A DNA stretch of 63,924 nt, filler included, from Choristocarpus tenellus KU-1152 (Eukaryota > Protista > Phaeophyceae): assembly GCA_964200185.2 (NCBI GenBank). It is 11 parts of 11 records of this genome, joined end to end, with 100 filler letters (N's around TTAATTAATTAA, not from the genome) between each part and the next. Parts side by side here need not be neighbours in the genome. Positions count along the whole stretch, not along the records: positions 31,060 to 40,429 come from CAXNAD020003735.1; positions 40,530 to 43,702 come from CAXNAD020021789.1; positions 43,803 to 46,449 come from CAXNAD020025989.1; positions 46,550 to 53,772 come from CAXNAD020006511.1; 7 more parts are not named here. One strand, 5' to 3'. Positions 36,888 through 49,785 of the stretch are shown in pieces. The notes under the pieces were generated by a model that did not search any database, was not told the origin of the DNA, and saw only the letters and a list, made by a program, of their open reading frames with translations. The position numbers and the translations under genes are program-made. The stretch's first letter is position 1. The number at the start of each line of letters is the position of its first letter.

Positions 36888-37336
36888 TTCTGACATTTTG
36901 TAGATGTGTCAAGAGAAAAACCAAGGAAAAACCCTTCACATGTCAGTATAAACCCTAAAGAGGTAAAATTTGTCACAAATATATAGATATAGATATAGAT
37001 ACCTTTGTAACCAACCATTCACTGATGACGTACCGTTAATATAATGGTGTCAGACCACTGATGAAGAAATAGTATAAACTGGAGTCACCAGGGAGATGGG
37101 CACGAAGGGGTTCGTTGGATTCTTGGGATGCATCCCTAGCCCCTCACCCTGGGGTACAGGAATAGGTAGGTAGGAGGTACAGACAGGAAGGTAGTGGTAC
37201 GACATAGTGACATAACAAATAGATGAGTGTTTTTGACATTTGTGACATTATTTATCCCTGACAGTTATACTGACATGTGAATTGTATTCATTGGTTTCCC
37301 CCCTGACACATACATCTATCTAGAAAATGTCAGAGG
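36888..37336. mobile_element. Third, MITE-like element (family C) with about 100-bp degenerate inverted repeats
   Basis: TCTGACATTTTGTAGATGTGTC...TTCACATGTCAGTATA...TGTCACAAAT is mirrored by ATTTGTGACA...TATACTGACATGTGAA...GACACA...AAAATGTCAGA. A related end occurs at about 8965-9005. Confidence 0.65.
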
Positions 37337-40300
37337 GCGTAACAAAATAATAAGAACTAGTATAATGACCGATACACGGTAAGTTCCACGTTACACTGGG
37401 AATGAAGTTCTGATAGAACCGCGAGTTTGATTTTCACATCGTATTTTAATTCTACGAGTTTACATTTTTTTTTTACTATTTAAACTGTTTTATATATATG
37501 AACATTTTGTGTGTAATTACCAAAAAAATATAGCGTAAGTGAAGGCATTTTGAGGTATAAAGAGGAAAAGAATCTAATTCTTCAGACTATTGAAAAGGTT
37601 ACATTGTTGAACCAATGTAATATTCAAATGTCATTCTGTTACCATAATTAGCAACAAGACCAAAATGTCCAAGTGAGAGTAGTTGGAATCATCCATGAGA
37701 TCTCCCAAGCAACTTGTAATGACGTGTAATACTGCAATCAGGGAAAGGCAGAGAACACAGCAAACAACATCATAAACAACAGAGTATGTACTGGTTTAAC
37801 GTTCTGTCAAATTACCCACAACAGGTAGGTGTTGGAATGTACAGAATAGGTCCCATAGTAAAGTAATATTTATTATTTTCTTTGAAAACAATCGAGAGAT
37901 ATGTGATAGCACGCGCAGCTGAAACTACTCCTAAGACCCTCACTAAAAAGGTAGTCTATAAACAAGGAAAGTATCCAACGAGTCTGCCTCGCCCACCAGT
38001 CTGGTGTCTCTAGCTCTAAGCACATGATACACCTTGAAAATACCCCTTGTTCTGTGACGTAAACAGTCTTTCGCAGGCATGCCTTCACCGCCCCCTTACC
38101 ACTGCAACCCCCAGTCCACCTACCACCCACTATTTGACTTGCCGGGTCATCCAGGAACTGCTCTATCTATGTGCTAAGATGCCCGAAGTTTTGCATTGGA
38201 AGACGGATTTTGTGCAGTATCAGGAAGATTCATGAGTAATGCTGTCTGTAACAGGAGCACTGCAATACTTGTAGAAGAGCACTGTGGAGCTGAGTGCGTA
38301 TTTGCACAAGCCACTACAAAGGATATTTCAACCTCCTCGTAGTTTCAGTCTCAACACCTTCAGACTCAACACCTTCAGAGAAGAAAGCTTCGGTCATTTA
38401 GGCACACAAGCAGAGCAATTCCTGTATGAGCCTGCAACTCATCATGTACTGGATGGTAGGCGGGCTAGGGGTCTTGGTTAGAAGCAGCAGTGAAGGCATG
38501 CCTGAAACATACTGTGCCACTCACAGCACTAGTTATAATATCTAAGCATGTTATGCAGATCAAGCTAAAGACACCATTCCAGTGGGCAAGGGAGGACTTA
38601 GCTATCTCGTGCGCTTTTCCTTTGTTTCTAGACTGCCTTCATAGCGCCAGTTTAGGGCCATTTTCGGATATGTTTGTCGTAGTAGGTTTTCTTGTTTTCT
38701 TGTTCTACACTTCGAAGTAACACACTACCTGGAATAATGACAAAATATCATCCATGTTCATGTGACCAATCACTGAACCTGTCAATGAATGTATTACGTA
38801 TCATGTATGTTGTAGGTTGTAGGTTTGGTGGTGTAAGTCGAAAACTTCATAGATGAATGCTTGATGTTCCATTAAGCCTGCCATTGCCACACCATCCCCA
38901 TCGTAAACGAATTGAATGTTCCTATCTATCTGGTCTTGTTTCTTACTACTTTCATTTTTCCTTTACATTTTAAGTTCTCACAACTTTGGTTCAAGTGAGT
39001 GAAGACCCCATTGGTGGATCATTCACAGATCTGAATTTTTTTTCTGCAATTTGCATTGCGATGGTGCTAATGTTTTCAGAGTAACATATTTGGTACATCC
39101 AATAATAGCTCAACCTTCAATCCCCCTACTGCTGCGTCTTAGTCCCCCAGTTTTTCTTCTCACTATGTTATTTCTTCCTTCTGCCAAGTCTTCCTTTTCT
39201 CGCTTCCTCTGCTTTACAAAGTTTGCCCATAGGTTTGAGAAGACCAAACTAATGTGTGAAACAGTCCTACAGATAGAAACTTCACCCCAAACAAGTTGGT
39301 TTGATTCATCCCGATAAACTTCGGGCACACACAACTCCGTTAGAAACACGATGAAACGGCTTAAATATAAAGCAACGCTGAGCCAAGTAGTGTAAAAGAA
39401 TCGAGAGAGTAGGTGGGGCGACGAAGCAGAGGGATGACTAAACCCAATGGGCGAGAAGAAAGGCACAAAGAAAGCAACTACAACTAGTCATGGTGTAACA
39501 ATAGTACTCCGTAGTTAGGATGAGTAGTACCGTAGAGTGTGATGCCCCTGACCATGGATAGGGATAGCATCCAATGGTGAAGAGAACCAGCAATAGTATT
39601 GGCCAAACAGGCTGTGGCACTGATGTACAACTAAAAGTCGTTGAATACCCGACACTAGTGCGCCCCACTCAGTTTCTTCAGCCCAAACATCAAATCAAGA
39701 GTGAAATGGGGTTGCAAAAAGGGAGGAAGTTGGCGGAGAATTGAAGGCCATGAGGAGGTAACATCATGTGGGGGAGCAATGGATGCCCCAATAATCAGAT
39801 TGTAGTGGATGGCCTACTTCATAAGGACACATCCATACACAATCAACCAAAGGTCAATAGCCAAGCTGTATATATATCAACACTTTGGTGAGCAAAACAA
39901 GGAGGTCTATCAAGCTCCTCCCTCTGCACATATACACTCAACATCAGTCGGCCCTCTTCATCCCTTTTCTCAGCAGTGCAGCACCAAGCTGATAATGATC
40001 ACCGCTGGACAAAAAACAAGTCCGCTTCAAACTGCGGTACATCCAGCAGACATCACAGTTGGTCTCTGCTTTTGATCCAGGTGCTATCTCTTCGCATCAG
40101 TTGGCACCAGCACCAAAATGACAAAAATGTCACATACGGTTGATGCAAATACTTGCCCTTCTTGCAGCACAACCAGAATTCCTCGCACACAATATTGATG
40201 ATACCGTAGGCTGTATGTATACTGTGAACCTCTCAAATCATATACTTACTCTTCCTTCTTACACCGTTCTTCTTGAAGGCGCCAAACTTCACAATGTGGT

Positions 40301-40610
40301 GCGGGTCCTGTGTTGTTTTCGTGGGAAGTTGGGAGGGGAGGGGGGGGGGGGGGGGGGGGGGGTGAAATTTGATAAGGAAAATTTTAGTGCGACGAACCGA
40401 AAGCAGTTATGAGGAGTAGGTGTAATTAANNNNNNNNNNNNNNNNNNNNNNNNNNNNNNNNNNNNNNNNNNNNTTAATTAATTAANNNNNNNNNNNNNNN
40501 NNNNNNNNNNNNNNNNNNNNNNNNNNNNNCCCCCCCCCCCAGATAATTTGACCCCATATGAACTATAAACAAGAAACATAAACATAAAATATCAGGATGG
40601 CAACTCTCAC

Positions 40611-43432
40611 CTCAAATCCACTCATGTTGAACAGCAAGTTAGGGTTGTCCCTGGAGTACACACTGACAAAGGACCCATCCCACTCAATTGTCGTGACAGA
40701 TCTTGGCAAGCGATTCTTGATGTCCCAGAATGTTGCCCTTCCCAGGTTCACGTCATGCTGAAGGCAGAACCAAAGAGCAAAATCAAGAACAGAAATGAAC
40801 GCAAAGCAAGGTGAGGTAAGGTAAGGCAAGGCAAGGTAAGGTAAGGTGAGGAGAAGTTGTATGACTCCTTGCTGAAAGGAGTAGTAGATGGGATGGATCA
40901 CCTTGGAGGTGGGCATTAACCTTGACTAAAAGTGTATCTTCTATTTCTCTTTATCCAGAAACACACCCCACGCATAATCCCAACCATCAAAACTAAAAAA
41001 TCAGATGAACTTTCCAACTTTACTTACGTATCAATACTCCAAGTACCATGGACCCAAAACATAGTCTTCATCTCTCTTAGCAAAGGACCCCGAAATCGTA
41101 ACAGGTATGTTTCATGTGTATGTTTCATGTGTATGTTTCAAAAGCACCAACCAACCTATCTACCCTCAGCACTGTACCACATAGCAATGGCAATATTATG
41201 GCAATATTATCACTACGAGTTATGTTCCTAGGTGTGATTGATCACCTGCCCCCCCCCCTCCAACCCCTGTTCACAAACAAACCCTTCAGGGCACAAACAA
41301 GTCAAACACATAGCTAGGAACACACCCGAGCCCACCTCACACCTCCACACACCCCACCAAGGCACAATCATCACAGGCACACCACACCAATTCACAAAAC
41401 AACCACCCACTCCCCTCCCCTTCACCGTATACACACACCTAACAACAGAGCAAATTAGCACTAGAAGACCAAATTCACACACACACCCCGCCCCCTCTAA
41501 CCCACGATACCAACATTTTCCAAGAGGAAAAACGCCTCCACCACAACATCAAACACACAACACACCTTCATCAAGCGCATCCTCTGATCCCTTGGCCAGC
41601 ACTTGCGATTGTTGTACCCCACAACATTTTCATTGTTAGGGTCAGGGTGTTCCGTTAGATAGCGCTGAATGAGGTCCCTGGCATCCTCAGAATCAAACCG
41701 GAAGAGCATGAAGATCTTGTCCACATACCGGGTGTACAGGCGTATAGGATGTCGCATCTCCAACGCAGTGTCTCGGAATGTCAGGTACTGAAGACATGTC
41801 ATTTAGTCGATAGGAAAATACAAACACATGGTTAGTCAATGCAAACACATGGTTAGTCAATGCAAACACATGGTTAGTCAATGCAAACATTGCTTAGTCA
41901 ATGCAAACACATGGTTAGTCAATGCAAACATTGGTTAGTCAATGGAAATAGCAATGCAAAATTTGGTTAGTGCCAACAGAGTAAACCACAATACAAGCAA
42001 GAGCACATTGGTATGTGCACCGAACACTTCACAGTTGGAATGCAGTCAGGACACTACTTACAGGGTTGGTGGGGGGGGGCGTAAATTACTCATTTGTATA
42101 GGGGAAAAAAATAAATATGTTTATTGCAGGTTCTTGTTAAAAATAGTGCTTGATTCTTCAGTCAAAGGTATGAAGAATGTTTTCTGAAGCACCACACCGT
42201 CATCAGTGAATATAGTGATACAAACAATAACCCAATCCAGTTTCCGTATATTGAGTTCACACAATGTCTCTGCCACACCAAATGTCCATATATTTGTATT
42301 GTTGAGATGCATCTCATAATAGCATGGGTTGGCAGCAGCAACAGTGTAACAAAGAGCAACCCAACGCCATTACTAAAGTTACTACTAAAGCTACTGCTGA
42401 AGTTCTCTACTAAAGTTCACTACTAAAGTTACTACTAAAGTTCAATCAAGGTACACAAAAGAGAACTACTTCTGCAGGTGTTCAATCAGATGGATATACT
42501 CTCTCCCCTCCCTCATGTATGAGTAAAAGATACTACACAGTGCAAAAAAGAGAGCACAAAAGGCAGCACAAAAGGCTAAGTAACACTTTACATAAGCAGC
42601 CCCTTCCCCAGATCAGCCCTGTAAACCTCCACAATACGGACCTGGTTAGGCATTGTAGGCGGGCCAGCAATCTCTGAGGCCCTGGTGAGACCCAACAGCA
42701 GCAAATCCAAGACCAGCCCGTAGTACTGGAAGATGAATGATGCAAACTGCAGTCCTCGGACTAGGCCATACGAGTTGGTGTGCAGCATGTCCTGAACACA
42801 CCCCAAGTGGATAGATAAAAGAGGTTGAGTAAAGTAAGAGAGGCGACACATGACCTTGCCTTCCACCTCAACTGACACAATTGATCCACAATAGATATCA
42901 AATACGGCACATTCTTCATCTGCATAGCACACCTTGTAGGAGATCATGACATTGTTCTTGGCAGTCATGTAGTCCGCTATGTTGTGGTCGACAATCAGCC
43001 TCAGGAGGCGATTCAGCATAGTCAAGTCCACCTGATCGCAGCAATTCGGGGCAAGCAAGCACCACGTCAAATCAACACACGCCTCCTTCTAATATAAAAA
43101 AACCAAGTAAAATTACTAAAAAATAAGTAACATCCATTCTTCAACCACTGAGCCACACCCAGCACACAAAAACATGTGTTCATGTTCACATATGATACCC
43201 TTCCACATTAAAAAAAGCCATGCCCTAAACCTAACGCAAGGAAGACATGTATGCCCCTAACATGTGCCATGCCCCTAACTTCTCACATCTGTACCTTCTC
43301 ATAGACTTTCTCCAGCTTTGTCTCTAGCATTACCACGCACTCCCCTCCATCTGTGTCCCATATCTCTGATAGGTTATTGATGCCTTGGCACCACTTGTAC
43401 ACCAGTAAAGGTGGAGGCTCCGAGTCGCTTGG
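40611..43432 (-). CDS. PRP8: Pre-mRNA splicing factor PRP8, five internal exons (43432-43295, 43031-42933, 42791-42642, 41787-41566, 40757-40611)
   Basis: [82 protein letters not shown] and [12 protein letters not shown] are near-invariant PRP8 sequence. Confidence 0.98.
41820..41945 (+). repeat. 21-bp minisatellite (CAAACACATGGTTAGTCAATG), about 6 copies, at a PRP8 intron 3' end
   Basis: Seen directly. Confidence 0.92.
42371..42443 (+). repeat. 12-bp tandem repeat (TACTAAAGTTAC)
   Basis: About 6 imperfect copies. Confidence 0.85.
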
Positions 43433-43802
43433 CTAATACCCACAAAAGAAAAAAGAGAGAGAGAGCAGAGAGCATGGCAAGGAGAAACAGCAGGGGAGGG
43501 GGGATAGGGGAGGTAAGACAAAAGAGTTGAAGTCACCTATTTATGACTCCTGGTGTTATTAATACCTCCATTGGAACAAGGTACCATTGGTCTTGGGACA
43601 ATTCCAAGAGGTGCAAACAATGCTTCTTTCTCCCCCCCCCCCCTTGCTGTCTCCTCCCTTATGTCACCTTTCCCCCCTTGGGGAAGAGAGCCCCTTTTTC
43701 CGNNNNNNNNNNNNNNNNNNNNNNNNNNNNNNNNNNNNNNNNNNNNTTAATTAATTAANNNNNNNNNNNNNNNNNNNNNNNNNNNNNNNNNNNNNNNNNN
43801 NN

Positions 43803-43952
43803 GGTGTCTACACCGGGGTGTCCATTCGGATCCTGACCAGGAGAAGTGCACTTACAATATCCATTCGACGCATGCAACCAAATCACCCAAAAATCGCAAC
43901 ATGGAAAAATGAGCCCCGAATGGATAGCAACCCTCCCCAGATAGTTTGAACC
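43803..43952 (+). mobile_element. MITE family B, partial
   Basis: GTCTACACCGGGGTGTCCATT...CCCCAGATAGTTTGAACC matches 60222-60394. Confidence 0.8.
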
Positions 43953-46145
43953 TTTCGAGCCGTCTGATAATGGGGAAAGTTTTACGAGGGTGCTATCGGT
44001 GCTCTTTGCCGTGAACGCGGGAATAAACAGGAGTTCACGCCTGCAAATAACCCTGAATTTAATGGGGTTGCTGAACTCATGCTGGGTATTATTGATTAAG
44101 CTTCGTTAGCTGCCCGCCTTCAAGATCCACTACGTTTCCCCCATGTCACTATCCCCAAGACAGACTCTCTCTGGGCTGAAGCTCAACATTGTGTCTGTGA
44201 CTCATTCAATCGCACATCAACGATGGCCAATTAGAATCCTGGTTGTAATCACCGTATGAAATGTGGCATGGCACCCTGCACCGCTGTTGACCTATCAATT
44301 TCTTCAACCTGTTTTTTCCTGTCTCAGTAAGACCTGTAAGACTTTCCAAAAGACTCAGCGGTGCTTTTACCTGGGGCCGGGTATCAATTGCCCTTGTGAT
44401 GTGTACTGTGTTCTGACTCCGACCAGTGCCATTGTTACTACGTGTAACCTGACCTGGCTGTCCATTAATGACCCCAGTCTTGCCCCAGTAGGAGAAGTTG
44501 CCCCTGCTTTGCGAAAGGGGGGGGGGAGCTTGATACAGACTCTCGTTCTGAGGACAAATTTTCCAATCCTGAAGCAGGTGGCCCACCATTAGATGTAGTC
44601 TATTTGTTTATCTTGCTCCTCCACTTCATCCCTATCTGATGACTCTTCCTGTAGCGACGGAAGTGAGGACAGGTTTGTACTAGGTGAGTGGCCATCCTTT
44701 GTTGCCAAAGGAGACGGTTTGACTAATGATCCTCCCCTTGGTGAAGGGAGGAGGGGTCAGATTGTCAAGGATCTGTCTGTGGACCTTTCCCCTGGTGATG
44801 GGGAGGGAGGTCAGGTTGGCATGAGTCTGTCCAGAGACACTACCCGAGATGGTGAAGTGGGTGTAGGATATAGCTCATCCTTGAGTTCACAGCACTTGCC
44901 TCAGGCAGGTGCTGACCCAACGGCTGCCCGTACTGCAGCTCGCCAGCTGGAAGACTTTCTTCCCAATCCAATCCGTGAAGCTTGTATTGAGTTGGGTAGG
45001 ACTAGACAGGAAATGCGTGTGCCAGAGTTGAAGGGAGTGCAGGTGTTGGTGATGTGGTGTATCTCATTGTTAATGTAGAGAGGAAATGTGTTGCTTATGC
45101 CTGACTGTACAGCCCTGAGTCTGTGCTGATGTGTACCCCCCTTCGTGGTCATCTTGTTTCTTAGTTGGGACCAGCCCCACAGTCTTATGCTGAGGCTCGA
45201 AAGTCTGAATACTGGCCAGTATGGGAAGAGGTTATGTCCGAGAAGTTGTATGGTTATTGAACACAGGTGCCTTCAGTGTTGCAGATGTACCCTCGGGGTG
45301 CAAGGCTATTGGTTCCAAGTGGGGGTGTTTAAAAGGAAGATACTGTTTTGGGATGTTCAGTGGGGCTACGCTTAGACTACAGTAGTTGCTCAAGGGTTTG
45401 GCCAGGAGTATGGCATTGATTGCTTTGAAACCTCTGCCCCCCCACATCTTCCATCTCATCGATTAGGCTAATGGCCAGTATGGCATGTGAGTTGGACCTG
45501 AGGATGTGGCACCTAGATTTAGAGCAGGTCTGTGTTCAATCTGACCTAGATGAGGTAGTGTACATGCGCCTCCAACAGGGATATGGAGATCTCTCCTGTA
45601 TGACCGTACGCCTCCACAGGTCCCTGTATGGTTTAAAGCAAGCCTCTAGGACTTAGAATACTTTCTGTGTCAGGGGGAGTAGAGATGTTTAAAGGGGAGC
45701 AGTAGCTTGACTTTCTAAGACTCAGCGTACCATTGCACAATCCACTGCAGAGGCTCTGAGTACATAGCCATGGGGGACTGTGTGAAGGAGTTGTTTTTTA
45801 GGGGGTGTGTTGGAATTTGTGGAATTCGACCTGGTGTTTCTGGATCTCGTTATGTGGTGTATATGAGGACAACACAAGGGTCATCCATTTCGCAAACAAT
45901 CCTCAGAGTTCTGTCAGGACCAAGCGCATAGATGTGCGACACCATTTCCTGAGGTGTTCTGACCAAGACTCTAGCAGAGGAATCTTTTTTTGAGGCATAC
46001 GGGGGCCTTGCTGTGATTTAGACTATGTTTAGTGGTTTGTTTTTCGTTGGATTTTGAATTCTTCGTGTTCGTTTGGATTTTCCTCTCCAGTGAGTTCAGT
46101 ACCTATTTATGTCTCGAGACCGCTCAGCGTTTTTTGAGCTAGGGT
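43953..46145 (+). mobile_element. Degenerate Ty1/Copia LTR retrotransposon (integrase, RT, RNase H order), internally deleted
   Basis: Integrase remnant (QEFTPANNPEFNGVAE, LWAEA, PYEMWHG), RT remnant (VVAQGFGQEYGID, VYMRLQQG, LHRSLYGLKQASR) and RNase H remnant (STAEA, YEDN, RTKRIDVRHHF), with many stops and frameshifts. Confidence 0.93.
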
Positions 46146-46284
46146 GTTCGAATGGACTCCTCCAACTGTAACAAATATCACTGGTAGTATACACGCAAAG
46201 TCAGAATACAAGAATTATTGGGTGGATAATCCATATATATATATATATGTTCTTGTGTACGAACGGATACATAGATTGGAATTC

Positions 46285-46449
46285 GGGTCAAAGCATCTGG
46301 GGGGGGTTGCTGGCTGCCCATTCGGGGTCCATTTTTCCATGTCGGGATTCTTAGGTGAATTTGGTTACATGCGTCAGATGGATAATGCAAGTTCACTTCT
46401 CCTGGTCAGGACCCGAATGAACACCTTGGTGTAGACTCCCACCCCCCCA
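46285..46449 (-). mobile_element. MITE family B, nearly complete
   Basis: GGGTCAAAGCATCTGGGGG...GGTGTAGAC-C-tract is the reverse complement of the 43803 copy. Confidence 0.8.
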
Positions 46450-49400
46450 NNNNNNNNNNNNNNNNNNNNNNNNNNNNNNNNNNNNNNNNNNNNTTAATTA
46501 ATTAANNNNNNNNNNNNNNNNNNNNNNNNNNNNNNNNNNNNNNNNNNNNTGGAGGACTGGGGGCAGAGGGGGCGGGCGCGACGCCGCGCGGCAGATACTT
46601 TGAGCCCAAGCGTAGTATGTTCTCAGATATATTTATGGCTGAGAGTCACTCAGGTGGGGCCTACTTCATCGAAAAAAACATTACTCTTTCTGTAACCCGT
46701 AGATCATAACAACCTGCTAGGCATAAACCACCTAGTATGACAATGCCTAATCTAGAAAAGGTCGATCCCAGATAGTCCACATAGAACGATTGTTGTAACA
46801 CCTCAACAGCACCACACAGGATGCAATCACTACCATCCCTGTAACCCCCACTCAGAGTACAGCATTCAGTGCTGATTGTTCCCAACAATTGACGAAGGTG
46901 ACACTAAACATAGTATTGGGACATATTATTGCAACAGGAGGTGTATTGCTCTCTATCATTTCCTCCTGCTACTCTTCAAACCTTCATGTTTGCCGACTCT
47001 CTATATCATAGTGGTGCCTATGAAGAAGTCATGTCAACATCCATTGGTTGGAAGGTAAAACTTCACCTGTACTAAATTGTCAAATAATGTCATTTGTATC
47101 CATTATAATATCACCAACAATCACAGTTTTTCTTCGCCCTCCGGATGTCACACCGCCAATGTGTGCTGTTGCCCATGCCTGTACCAATGAAATAAACATA
47201 TGTCGCAACAACTGGAAATGCCAGACGTGAAGGAGGTCATCTACGGCCAAGCCAAGTCAATAAAGAAGCCAATCCTTTATCCCCAGGTAAACAAGCAGAG
47301 TAGAGTGAACTGCATACAATGCCTTGTTCAATAAACATGCAAACTAATTCCCTCATTATTTACAATTTGAGAAGCTGGCAGAATGAATGAAATATATGAG
47401 CAGGTAATTTTAAAGACCTACGGCTGATCAGATGCATTTAGAGTGTAGTTGAACAAGAGGTATTCCTCCATTTGCCATTCTCTCCAGCAAGCGTGAACCT
47501 CTCAGTATCATTATTCTTTATCTTGTAGAGATCTCACACTATAACATGTGTATACTACACCATATAAGGATGCACAGGCCAAAGAGCAATCTCCCCACAT
47601 CAATTTATCTCATGCAAAGTGCCTTTCCGGCACTGACATAAGTAGGATCAAATCCACGGCCAACCAGATCCCACCTGCTTTTCAAAAACAAATGAGTGAC
47701 TTGAAGGCTCTGCTAGTTGGTGGCAGATGAAGCCTTTCATACTACTTTTTTTCAAACCCACAATCCTCTCTCTGAACTGAAAGTGAATGCTGCACTCAGC
47801 ACAGGAGTGCGATTCTCCTCTTCTAACTAACCTAGTCAGGTAGGAAATTGAAATCACAACACCAAAAGAAACCTCAAACTCTCCCCAAAACACCGTTCCC
47901 TTGCTAGTTACCAATCTCTTCTAATGTTTCTATTAGTCAGAAGTACGTACTCAATGTGACAATGCTTCGTGGCAAAAAAATAATATGTCAATGCAATGTC
48001 GCAGTGGGAGTTGGGGGGTAGCATTACATAGTCTCTGGTGCGTCCTAGGTCTCAGAACGTGAAAAGAAGATTCTAGAAGCTGTAAGAGTGAGGAATATGG
48101 CACAAAGGGGTTGTAGCAAGCAAGCGAGTTTTCTTCATCACCAAGCATCATGCCCTAGTATCTCAACCTTGTTACTACTGCTGTTTTTCTCGGTAACAGG
48201 TTGGGCGTATTTGGTTTGCTACTTTCACAGTATTCAATTACATAGATGGTGTATGGTCTCTGAAGTAGTTACTGGTGATCAATAGCCCAAGGACAACAAA
48301 TACCTCATATATATTTATGTAAGAAATGGCATCTTTATTCAGCATGTGATTTGTGAGGTCGGTGAGGATGGAGATACGTGGCTGAGGATGTTAAGGTCTA
48401 GTGTGCTCTATACTCTTAGGGCACTCCATACATTAACCGTGCAGCATTCTCGGCCCTTCTTATGGCCATGGCTGAGAATCGTTTAATGTTCATGAGCACT
48501 TTATTCACACCCCAAACAGTCATTACCCTACCTGATAACCTATACCGACTTAGTCAGAGATCTGTCCATTAACTCAATACCTTGCCCCACAACATGAACT
48601 TTGCGTGTGTTGCCTGTTCATCTCATTCTCTCGTTTGATCCTGCAACTGCTGCAGAGTGTCTCGCATCAACAGGCCCTGAATCTTGAAAAAAAGGCCGGC
48701 CCCAGCCTTCCTTATGATCAGCTCCCCAGATCTCAAAAACGAGGGGGCACAAGTGGAGAGGCCTCCGAGCCTTGGAATCAATTTATGTACCTCCCATATT
48801 CGCGAACCAGGGAGGACTTTTCCCTTCTAACCTCCTCCGCCCAAGGAGGAAGATTTCTTCACGCTGGAGAGTAAGATAATGGTTGCGGACTGACTAATAC
48901 CAACAAGCTCACTGTAGGGTCAATTTCACCCAATAGGAGGATGGTATCTACACCAGGCTAACTTGGTCAAGGAAACCATACAAAAGAAGACTAGAGATAA
49001 GAGGGATGGCAACGAACCCCTTTCATAATCTACCAGCAGTGGCATACAAACACATGCCGTGCTGCTTCAGACAAAAGAGTTGTGAAGGTTACTCTCTCCA
49101 GCAGAGCCAACACAGGGCGTACTTTAGAAAACGCAATGATAGGAAAGGGATTGAGCAATTGACAGTAGTGAACAGAGCATAACGACAAGAAGAAAATAGA
49201 GGTATGTGCCTACCTGAGATAGGGGGTTAGGTTTGAAAACATATCAGCAGGTGTAAGCCAACACAATTAGCAACACAGTTGCATCAAATAACACAAGCAC
49301 ACAAACCTCCTTACCAAATAGCCATTCAAAGAAATCATACTAGGAACGTTATTTGCTGAGCTAATCTTAACTATTCCTCACTTGGTTTAAGTGGCCATCC

Positions 49401-49754
49401 AGGATCCGAATTACTCTAAACTTTTTTCTTCTTGTCTTAACTATAGCATAAATTTTCTCAACATACATATATACAGTAAGGGCTGGGTGGTTCAGCATGT
49501 TGAGACCCTTTTATAAAGTCATGTTTTTCACTTCTACTATGCCCTAGATGTCGGTACTATGCCGCCGATGTGTTCCAATTAATTCAGAAGATAAATCAAC
49601 TTTAATTGCCATATATCCTTACGTAGTCCGGTCTGAGACATTGGGGACTAATTGTGACAGTGTGTTTTTTCATTTCTCTCCAACCAAGTCATCCGTATCA
49701 AACCTATGCATAAGCAACACAGGTCAGTAAAAAATTATGACAGGACCATAATAC

Positions 49755-49785
49755 ACAGACACACACACACACACACACACACACA
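49755..49785 (+). repeat. (CA)n microsatellite
   Basis: Seen directly. Confidence 0.95.

Noticed and set aside
40611-43432. PRP8 intein or mobile intron
   Set aside because: All interruptions are GT-AG spliceosomal introns with no homing endonuclease or intein ORF, and the exons join into normal PRP8.
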